This document shows positions 45,293 to 56,300 of a stretch of DNA of 64,000 nt, piece after piece. A program made the translations under genes and the position numbers. Under the pieces are notes generated by a model. That model ran no database searches. It worked only from the letters and a program-made list of their open reading frames with translations, and was not told the DNA's origin. Source of the DNA: Macrostomum lignano (Eukaryota). The DNA is taken from positions 124,001 through 188,000 of the forward strand of contig NIVC01000734.1 in the NCBI GenBank assembly GCA_002269645.1. The letters are read 5' to 3'. How positions within the stretch are numbered: the first letter of the stretch is position 1; each line of letters opens with the position of its first letter.

Positions 45293-45769
45293 TTTATACT
45301 TGAAATAAACCCGATAATAACTAAATATGCAAAGGGGTTTGCACATTTTTTTAGTGGGGGGTAAGTGTAGTAGGGGGTTTATTTCAAGCAGTTGTGCTAA
45401 GGCGTTTGCCAAGTGATTCTATTCGTCGAGATGAATTATTTTAGTAGAATAAGCAGTTTTGCTTTTACGCTACTGTTAGTAGTTCACCCTCGGGGAAATA
45501 TCTGAAGTTGTGGGAATTCGAGTCTTAGCGGGTTCCTCTATTAGTAAAAGGCTAGTTAACCATATTTCAAAGTTAGTGGTTGCCTTGGTAACCAACAAGC
45601 TTTAAAGTATTGAAATACTACAGGTATCCACAGTGTGGGCCTTCGGGTATTTCTTGCTTCACCGCGAGTTGGCATCTGGGGTGGCCACCTACCTGGCGTT
45701 CGGCACCGGCATCAGCAGCAGCGCTCTTCGAGCAGGCTCTTCTCGGCGGCTCTCGGCTTCGGCGACTCA

Positions 45770-45860
45770 CGGCGGCTTTCGGCAGCTCGGCTCGGCCAGG
45801 CGGCTCGGCGGCTCGGCGGCTCGGCGGCTCGGCGGCAGCGGCGGCTCGGCGGCTCAGCTG
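45770..45860 (+). repeat. GC-rich (CGGCGGCT/GGCTC)n repeat in the LINE A 5' UTR; related repeat at ~53540-53620 in LINE B
   Basis: Tandem cggcggct units read directly. Confidence 0.8.
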
Positions 45861-46118
45861 CGGCTTCAGGCGGCGCCAGGCTTCGCCCATCGGTCTGCAA
45901 CCGGCTGGCCGGCTGCGCGCGACTTCTGCAACGAGGCGCCAGGCAGCTGCTCTATAGGTTTTAGTAGTGTAGCTGATTAAGGACTTTCTATTGTATTTAG
46001 CTTACCTAGGCCTACTTCTAGTAGTATTTTTTGAGTTTTATTTTTATACAGTTCTAAGTTTTAAGTTTTAATTGTTTTAAGGATTTTTCTTGTATCTTGG
46101 CCACTGTTTTAAAGGCCT

Positions 46119-46904
46119 ATGGAAGTCGAAATTAATAGCAAAAGGTGCTCACGAGACACTGACTCGCCGCCGACGGTGTCGACCAAGAAGGTGAACAACC
46201 GAGACTCTGCCGGCCCTGTCCGCAAATCCGAACAACGAACCATGCTGTCTCCGTCAAGCGCGCCACTGCCAGAAACTCCACCTGGTACCTCAAAAGGTGA
46301 GCGGCCTCCTTCTAAAAGGGGTAGTCTAGAAATCATGAAAGCTGAAGGTGTAACAACAATCATCAGACTACCAAAACCAGACAAATCAGACAGCAAAACA
46401 TACAATCTACCAAATAACTGCAACATCAACTACCATCCATCGGCTCTAAAAAACTGTGACAATCAAATTTTGAAAATTCTCGTCGACGAAATTCAAGCGA
46501 AAGCCTTTCACCACCACACCAACGGTAGACCGGAAGCCCGGAAAATCGTTTGGTTTGGACCAGAGTACACCTATGGTGGTACTAAAATCAGTGCCAATGA
46601 CAACTGGAATCCCATTGTCACTAGCCTAGCCACCTGGCTCAGAGTTGAGTTCCAGCTTCCCGTCTTTAACTCATGTTTGATCAATTTCTACAAAGACGAT
46701 TTCAACATCCCCTGGCACTCTGTTGACGAGGTAGAGTTAGGGCCTAACCCGACCATCGCTTCCATCTCGATTGGCGCAGCGCGCGACTTCCACATGCGCC
46801 CCAAAGGCGCCCCAAACTGCAACCAGTCGACAGCAGCATCACTTGCGATCTTGATGATGAAGACTCGGTTCGCCGACGGGCAGAGCTGGAAGCGGAAAAT
46901 TTGA
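46119..46904 (+). pseudogene. LINE A AlkB domain relic (HxD changed to HxV, C-terminal half deleted)
   Basis: FNSCLINFYKDD..IPWHSVDEVELG..IASISIGAARDFH, then a jump to the DLDDEDSVRRRA homologue in another frame. Confidence 0.85.
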
Positions 46905-49900
46905 GACGAATTAGATCGCGTTCTAACAGTAGCACGGGGCGCAAACCTAACAGTCAGCAGCCAACCACTCAAGTATCTCAACAAAACACCATGCAAACAG
47001 CTCACGAACAGCAATCAACCATTAGCAAGCACAACTTGCAGCAACAAGCCAGCATGCAAATGCAGCCGCAGCAGCCGCCATCTGACAACTCACAGCAATC
47101 GCTCATCCACCTGACGTCGCCGACAACAACACAACAGCAACAACAAACTGAAACTAAAGCAACCTGCAATAGCCAAAATAATCAGCCAAATCAACTTAAA
47201 GCTCAAAGCCAAATTAGCCAACCTAGCTCTAATCTAACCAGCCAATTTAACACTGCAAGCAGCAACTATCAGCTAAGAACTAATGACAACTGAAAACCTA
47301 AAAACTCAGCTCCAGTCATTTTTGAGATTGAGCATGAGGGCAAGGATCCCATCAAATTTGAATGGTTTTTAAAAGACAACTTTCCTGAAATTAGAATGAA
47401 AATCGGTCAAAGATCTGTACCACAGCTCAGGCTACATTGTAACACCAGAAAATCCTAAGGATTACAACAAATTACTAACAGCACCACTTAAAACCAACAA
47501 AATTAATGAATTTGAAGTTACAAGACGCATGGCAGCCAAGAGGCCAATAAAACAAGGGGACGATTAGGTGCGCGCACCTCTCAAATCTCCTCAGGTGTAC
47601 TCTTTTATTGTCAAATACGTCCCCATTGCGGTGGACGCTAAAGAGTTAGCTAAACACCTGGTAGAGTCAGAGCAGCAATTACCGATCGATGGCGCCGTGC
47701 GCATCATCTCCAAGACAACAGGTGAACCATCACCGCATGTTCGCCTCTTCACGAAGAGCAAGGGCGCAATGGAGAGATTGAGCACGGCGTCCATCTAGGC
47801 TTCAGCAGGTTCCGGTGCGAGGAGTCGATTAATCTTCCACCTGTCAAAGCCATCCAGTGCATGAAGCGTCAAAGACTAGGGCACCACGAGAATAGATGCA
47901 CAGCGTCAGTATACAGATGTAATAAATGCGCAGGGGAACACTACTCAGCCGACTGCCCCAAGGACCGCAAGTTCGAATGCGCCAACTGCGGGGGCGAGCA
48001 CCCTGCGTACTCGTTTAAATGCCAAAAAATCAAGGAAGCTAACGAAACTGCAACCAGAAAAGTAACGAAAAAATCAGAGCACAAAGAGAGGAAGCAAAAC
48101 AAAAACAAAATCAGAACATCTTTGGTAGTCAGTCCCTAGGGGAGGCCTTTGGGGTACCAGGACCGCTATCCTACGCTGACGCAATGCGACCAATGCGACC
48201 TGGACTCACCAAGCCAATACTGGGTCCTATCGCGTATTCTAACCGTCGCCGCTGCCGCCGCCGCCGCCGCTGCCTCTGCCGCTAGCGACGCCCCACCAGC
48301 CGAAGCGACGGCGAGTCGATCTGCTCTGACCAACCCGGCGGCAATCCAAATCTCCGCCAATCCGCCCACGCTGCCGGCAGTTGCCTCCGAATCCGTCTCC
48401 ATGGCCGTGCCCAAACTAGGAGTTGATAACGCCAATGACATGCGCAAATCAAGTGAGAGGGGCCTGATCTCCCGGATGGGGGTGCTAGAGGTGGTACTTC
48501 AGGCCCTCACCCGACTCATGGGTGCCAACCCAGGACAGATGCTTACCGAATGGGAAGCGGGGCAACTCGCTATCCAGGCGGTAACTGAAGTCCTGGCGGC
48601 GCTCAGGGGTCGAGGGAGGCCTGTTTCTGGGGCAGGAGACACCGAAGCCGCGCAAGCGAAGCGCAAATCTGTCTGTTAACATTCAAAACTCCCCTTAACT
48701 TTTCTCAAACTAATGGGCACGCTGATCAGTCTGTTGTGCGGGATTCACTAAACATAGGGCACCTTAATTGCAAAGGATTAAGTAACAAATTTTATGAAAT
48801 TTCTTCCTGGTGTGGAGAACAGTAAGTTATAACAAAACGCACTACTTAAAGTAATATTCTAACTAAATCAATTAAAACTCGCAATCTATTTTTAGAATGA
48901 GTCATGATGAGTCATATCTATTTTTAGAAATTCTATTTTTAGAATGAGTCACATGCAAACAGAAGTGACTCAGAGCCCTACGTAGGACCGACGTTTATTT
49001 GATCAAAAAACCGGTTCTCGTGAGTTTTATTTGCTTAATTCCATATATGGTAATGCTCAAACATGCATGACCGCTTAATCAAACATTTTTGACCTAAGTG
49101 AATACCCAATCCCAAACCGGTTTTTCTCCAAAATTTTGCTATAAATATAAGTGAAAATTCAAGTCAAAAATTCAGACTCGGAGCGGTCTCTAAGAAGACA
49201 CTGAAGAAATAAGAAGACCAATCTCTGAGGGACCATACCTGTCCAATTGGTAAGCGTTTACCCGATTTAGTTAATTGTTAATAGCGCTAATAAAGTGATT
49301 AATTGAGTTTACGAGAGCCACTTATTGTCGACACATTTGAGAAAGGCCTCCTTGTTTCCTAGGATACATTCCTAGAGGATTTATTGAATTGAATTGAGTT
49401 ATCCGTTACGTTTCGGACGTAACGAAGAAGACGCCCTTCAGGAGGACCTATCACAGAAAATTAGAGAATTTAATTGTTCATTAGGGCGCACGTTCTACTG
49501 TTAATTCCGAGCTCGAGGACTGTCAAGAAATTCCGATTCGCTCTCGTTTTTGGTCGACCCACAGATAAAAGTCAAGGACTCCCGGAGGTACTAAGTCACC
49601 TAAGTCAAACCAAGAAGCCTACAAGCCACTAAAGGATCCGCTGCAGTAAGTTATTTGAACTGGTAAATACCTAGGCACTTGTTCCCTAGTGTCTAGAAGT
49701 GGGAGTTTCTGAGTGACTGATCACCACTCTTAAACTCTTCACTGGGTCAGCAAGCACGACCTAGACATAGGACTGTTCTCTGAAACCTGCCTAAAGGAAA
49801 ACAATATATTCTACTTACCTGATTATGTCACACTCCGGCTTGATGTTCCCAACTGTAGAAGAGGACTTGCAGTTGTCTATAAAAATCACTTAGAAATTAT

Positions 49901-52900
49901 GAATGTTGAAAAAAATTTTGACAACTGCAACCACGAACTTATCAGCTTTGAAGTTCATCCTAAAAATAACAAACTTAAACAGTTTAATGTGGTCCTCTTC
50001 TACAGGAACCCAACCCCAACCCGGCTTAACACCCAACTTCTTGACCATCTTTTCTCTAAACCCTCGACCTTAGTTATCGGGGACTTTAACTGCAACCACC
50101 CAGCCCTTGGGGGTGACTCCCAACCCAACTATCCAGGCAAAAAGCTGTTTGATTGGCTTGATTCTCATCCAAACCCACCATCCATTCTTAACGATTATGG
50201 GGACTGTACCAGAGTCAGCTACCGTAGCGGCTCAGTCCTTAGGAACGTGCTTGATTTAGGAATTTGTTCCCCGGAGCTTATTAAACATACCAGCAATGTT
50301 ATTGTGGGAGAAGATCTAGATAGCGACCACCTTCCCATTATCATTAACATTTATTTAGATCCTAACTGTAAGCTGAGCAAAAAACCCTCTAAAAGCTTTT
50401 GGAACACTGACTGGGAAACCTTTAGAGGGACCCTTCAGGATAAACTTAGCAACCAACAGCTTCTCAGTCGTAGATTCTCCACACCTGAGGACCTAGATAA
50501 AGCGGTTGATCTGCTAAATCAGTGTATTCATGACACCATTGAGGATGTTGAACCCAACCGGGACCCTAGGGAACAGCTTCCCCCAGATATTATTAACAAA
50601 ATTAAGCATAGGAGGAAACTTGGAAAATTATTCAAAAAAAACTAGAATAGACGACTTCAGGGTTCAAGCCAATCAAGCAGCTAAAGAAATTCGAAATGCC
50701 ATACGTATGCATAGATATAGAAAATTCGAGGATCTATGCCACAAAATTGCTAAAACTAGTTATAAAAAGGAACACAAAAATTTTTGGATTGACATCAAAA
50801 AGATGACAGGAGAAAGGTCCAAAATGATCAACTATCCTCTTCTAGTCTACAAGGATTCGCATGCCGAGACTGAGGCAGAAAAAGCTTCACTCTTCAGCGA
50901 CTTTCTAAAAGATCAAATGCAATCCCACCCCAACCAAGACTCGCTAATCTATGAAAAAGTCAGTAAGTACAAAGATCATGAGATCTTCAAACCCCATAAC
51001 AATATAATTGCGGCACTTTCATACCATAAAGAGCACGCGAACCCAGATGATCCAGATAAAGAAGATATCGAAAGCGATATCCTTAACATTACTGACCAGG
51101 ACGTGCTCTGGGAGAGCAGAAAACTTGCTCTGCTCTGGGAGGTCAGGAGGAGCTCCCGGTCCGGATAGAATTCCTAACATGGTTTTGAAATATGGTCTCA
51201 GCCCGGACTCCATCAGTGCTCGCAAAAATTTACAACTCTAGTTTACTCATAGGATACTTCCCTAAACAATGGAAAGAGGCCATCATTAAGATGATCCCTA
51301 AACCAAACAAATCCATAAATCTCGTGGAAAGCTATAGACCCATCAGCCTAACCTCCTGTGTTGGCAAATTATATGAGAAGATTCTAGCTAGAAACCTTAG
51401 AATTATCTTAGAAAACCTAGAAATTACGAGCTATTAATGAGGAACAATGTGCCTACAGATTCGACCACTGCACATATGACAATATAGTAAGACTCACCGT
51501 GCTGAAAATGCTTCAGTTGAGGCAGTACACGTTGGGAGTCTTCTTTGATGTCAAAGGAGCCTTTGATGGAGTCTGGCTGGACTACCTTAAATATAAAATC
51601 TGGAAAAGTAAAATCCCGCACAACATGACACGAATTATAGCTAATTATCTGGACGACAGATCCGTGGAGCTGGTGGTTGGTGGAGCCCGGGGCGAGGTCT
51701 TTCGGCCAACGGCGGGTGTCCCGCAGGGTGGGGTGCTCTCGCCCCTGCTCTTTATCATCTTCGCCAGCTCTATAACCAAGCCCACTGACAGCAAGGTCCG
51801 CTTTAGTCAGTTCGCTGACGACTTAGCAGTATGGGCCTCTGCCAGAAAATCCACTATGTCCGCTAAAAGGCTTAACTCCTACTTAATTGTCCTCAAAAAG
51901 TGGCTTGACAATTTGGGCATAGTCATCAATCCCTCCAAAAGTAAAGCCATTTCCTTTTTCAAAGCTAATGGGAACAAAACAGGTCCAGACGATCCTCCAA
52001 TTAAACTTGGACAAGACAAAATCAAGTACTACGATTCCGTCACCTTCCTAGGGATGGTTCTTGACAAACAGCTCAACTTTAGGGCCCATATCGACAAGGT
52101 AGCTGGGTCTTCGACAGCCAAAATGGCTGCCCTAGCTAGGATGGCTAAGAACTCCAGAATTTCGCAACTGGCTCTTCGCCTCATCTATAGATCTTACATT
52201 GAAAGCACAATGACTTACGGCGCTCCAGTGCTCATCAATCTACTGGCATCCCTTGTCAACAAGCTACAAATTCTGCAAAATAAGGCTCTTCGCCTCTCTA
52301 TAGATGCTCCGCCTTATACTAAAATCACATACTTACACCAGGTCACAAAGATGCCTATGGTTAAGGATCGACTCCTCTATCTTGCTAAAAAATGGTACAA
52401 AAAAGCCCTGGAGAGTGATATCCATGGGTTCAAAAATGGCACCAAAGAATGGGTCAGACCTGGGTTCAGGGTCCCCTTTACTACTAAACTCAGACAGATT
52501 ACGAGATGATTATACGCAAATGTGATTCAATTTATAACTCGAGCGCCTCTGTCCGGGGTCGGGAATACTAACGATACTATGTAATGCTGTGCTAATCACT
52601 TGACATTCAAAGTACAGTACCTATCACACTCTGTTTTACACGTTTACACTCTTTCACAGTATTATCTTTAATACTCTTTCTCTAGCATGTTTTACATTAT
52701 ACACCCAAAATGCTGTTTATTGTGGGGCCAGGTCCCCTACTTATAATTATCACTAAGAAAGAATATCTAAATGTTGGACTTACCGGTTGGGCTTGCTTTG
52801 TCGGGATGCTGTTGCGTCTGGTTTGCCGAATAACAAAGTTTGCAAAACCCTCACCTTTGGGTAGGGACCTCTCTACTTACGACATTCTCTAAGTCCTCCC

Positions 52901-53370
52901 AGGGGATTCTTAGTTTTCGTAAGGTTTACTAACTTAGGCAGGTTCCTATATCATAGCTGTGTCTACCTACTCTCAATAGTAGTGATTAAGCTGGCCTCCA
53001 TTTTTATACCTAAACACTCAAAACATTACTGCTTTGTGCTTCACTGTACATATTTACACCCCAATATTTGTTTTAGTTTTACCAATCACATTTATTTATA
53101 TTTATTTGTTTTACTCTATACTTCAACCATTTGCTTTAAATTGTCTCTATATTGATTTAATGAACTCTATTATTTGTTTTATGTTTTTAAATGGCATTAT
53201 CGTATTATTTATTAGAAAACGTTTGTTTTATTTCTCCAACTCGAACAAAATACTAAATGTATCGCTCAAACTAGATACCACAAATAAATTAGTTGCGTAA
53301 GAGCCCTTCCCAGGGCTGATGCGCAGGGCCCCTTGATAGCCCCAACTTACCAATGAATGAATAAATGAAT

Positions 53371-56300
53371 ATTTCAAAGTTAGCCTTGGTAACCAACAAG
53401 CTTTTAAGTATTGAGATACTACAGGTATCCACAGTGTGGGCCTTCGGGTATCTCTTGCTTTACTGCGAGTTGGCATCTGGGGTGGCCACTTACCTGGCGC
53501 TCGGCATCAGCATCTGCATAAGCATCAGCGGCATCAGGCTCCGGCAGCGACCTCGGCGACATCGGCTCGGCTGCTCGACCTCGGCTCAGTGCGGCTTCGG
53601 CTCGGTGCGGCTCGGCGGTCCCGGCTGGTCGACGGCTACGGCGGCGCGGCGGCGGCGTGGCCTGACGACGACAGCGGTGTGCGGCAGCGGCAGCGCCAGG
53701 CACCTAGCGCGGTTTTGCAGCTCGGCGCCAGACTCGCGGCTTTACGTCAAAAGTGCCATTAGTTAGACCTAGCATTCTATTTTGTATTTAGTAGGCTGTA
53801 CACTACTACTAGTAGTATTTATTGAGTTTTAAGTTTTTAATTAATTAATTTATTTATTTATCCAGTTTTAAATAAGGATCTATCTTGTAGCCACTGTTTT
53901 AGGCTATGGAGGTAGATAATAGCACTAGCAAAAGAATGGCCAGAGAAACTGACTCACCGCCAACCACGAACAGCAAGAAAGCCAACAACCGTGTCTCCTC
54001 TGGGCCAAACCGCAAATCAGCTCAAGCAACAGCACTCTCGCCGACTAACACACCTTTGCCAGAGACGCCTCCTCAAGCCGAGGGTGAGCCCAGACCTCCT
54101 CTAGTTAGGAGTAGCCTAGGAGCGGAAAAAAGCACGACAGTACTGGCACTAATTCCTAAGGCAGACAAATCCGATAGCAAAATCACAAACTTACCGAATA
54201 ATTGCAACGTGAGCTATTTTCCTAACGCTCTAAAAAATCTCGAAAATGTCGCTCTCCGAATTCTAACTGAGGAGATACAACCGAAATCATTTCACCATCT
54301 CACGAACGGCAGACCTGAAATTAGAAAAATAGTATGGCACGGGCCTGAGTACAATTATGGCAACACAACAATTAGCGCTAATGATGACTGGTACCCACTA
54401 ATCATGAGAATTGCTACCTGGCTCAGTGTAGAGTTCGGTGTGCCAATCTTCAACTCCTGTCTGGTTAATTTTTACAAGGACGGGACAGTAAACATTCCAT
54501 GGCATAGCGACGATGAGGCTGAGCTTGGCCACAACCCGACCCTTGCCTCTATATCCTTTGGTGCTGCACGCGACTTCCACCTTAGAACTAAGTCTGCGTC
54601 CACCAATGTAGTGTACTCGCAAAAGTTAGCTAGCGGCTCTCTCCTAGTCATGAGCGGGGCAACGCAGAAGCATTTCCAGCATGCCATTCTTAAAGATGCA
54701 AAGGTCAAGGATATGAGGATCAACCTAACGTTCCGCCTCACCTTGGACCCAAGAATTCCAAGCTCACCAGTTCCTGCCGCTGTCACCTCAAATCCTTGTG
54801 TGCAGGACAGCACAATTAGCTGTGATCTTGACGACGAAGAATCAGTCCGTCGTCGAGCGGCGCTAGACGCCGAGAACCTAAGAAAAATTAGATCAAGGTC
54901 TAACAGTCGTTCAAAACTGAATCTCGAATCTAAAACTAATGAACTACCAACACAGCAACATGCGCACAGCCAGCAGTCTGACACTCAAAAGCAGCAGCAG
55001 ACTGCTAACTCGCATCAACAACCAACTCAGCAACCAACTCAACAACAACAACAACAACAACAACAACAGCACACTCAGGCAAACACTCAGCAATCAACTC
55101 AACAACATCTGCAACAACAACAACAACTCAACAGCGCTCAACAGTCACAACCAGACACTCAGCAAACACGTGCAAACACTCAGCTGTCACAAACCAAAAC
55201 TCAGCAACCAAACCCAGCTAATCAGCCTAGGCAGCCAGCCACGGCCAGCACTGAGCAGTTAACTTTCCGAACACTCGCATCGTGTCTGTAAAAGAGCTGT
55301 ACCATAGCTCTGGATACTATGTATTTACTAACTCACCAAGCGACATGAACAGCCTATTAACAACTACATTAAAAGTCACTGAAATAAATGGGCACTCTGT
55401 CACTAGGCGCCTGCCGTCAAAAAGGCCACTGCACCAAGGTGACGATCGGCTGCGAAAGCCTCTTAAATCGCCGCAGGTCCGTTCCTTCATCGTCAAAGGC
55501 GTTCCTCTAGCCGTGGAAGCTGAGGAACTGCTTCAATATCTAGATGAGGATCAAGCACATCTACAATTTGACGGTACGGCACGCATTATTTCAAAGGCCT
55601 CAGGCCAACCGACACATCTAATTAGGATGTTCACGAAATCTAGGGCTACGTACGACACCTGCCTGGAGAACGGCATTAGGCTGGGGGCGCTAAAATTCCG
55701 GTGCGAAGAATCGCACAATCTTCCACCGGTTAAGGAGATTCAGTGCCAAAGGTGCCAAGGCCTCGGACACACTGAAAGCAGGTGCAACGCCGGCTTCGTT
55801 TGCAACAAATGTGCCGGGGCGCACTATTCCGGCGACTGCCCGAAAGACACGGGTTTTAAGTGTGCGAACTGTGGGGGTGAACACCCGGCATGTGGGGGTG
55901 AACATCTCGTTTGCAACAAGATGCCTTCTCCTTCAAATGCCCAGCGGTACAGCATGCAAATGAGAGGGCAACTGAAAGAGAACATCACAGGGTTCAAACT
56001 TTAAAATTATTACTAGAACAGTCTAGAAAATTAGAACCTACCCAGACATTAGTTGAGACATTTGGCATGCCTGGCCCCATATCATATGCGGAGGCTGTCA
56101 ATCAGGTGCCAACACTAGGACCAATTGCGTATGAGAACAAAGCCTCCAAAGCGTCCAAACTGCTGCCGCTGCTGCCGCCGTCCAATCAGCAGTGCCACCT
56201 ACAGCTGTTGCTGCCGCTTCTGCCCAATCAGCATTGACAATTGCTGCTGCTGCTGCCGCTGAGGCCCAACCAACAGCGCCGCTTGATACCTCAGCTCCCA

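Larger units (their letters stand above)
45564..53370 (+). mobile_element. Jockey/I-like LINE copy A: structured 5' UTR, AlkB relic, Q-rich linker, CCHC ORF1, APE-RT ORF2 with a ~930-bp insertion, 3' stem-loop, (TGAA)n tail
   Basis: CNKCAGEHYSADC, CANCGGEH; LNIGHLNC, GLFSETCL, IGDFNCNH, SDHLP; GVPQGGVLSPLLF, QFADDL, FLG. Confidence 0.9.

Noticed and set aside
45610-45980. Overlapping Ala/Arg/Gly-rich ORFs, also at 53365-53766
   Set aside because: They arise from GC-rich 5' UTR repeats and are open in most frames.
49395-49450. Hammerhead/Penelope-like motif on the minus strand (CTGAAGG...CGAAAC)
   Set aside because: The core deviates from CUGANGA and I could not build stems I and III with a cleavage triplet.
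53488-53498. U1 snRNA gene (ACTTACCTGGC match)
   Set aside because: Only 11 nt match, the match is imperfect in copy A, and no other U1 stem-loops follow.
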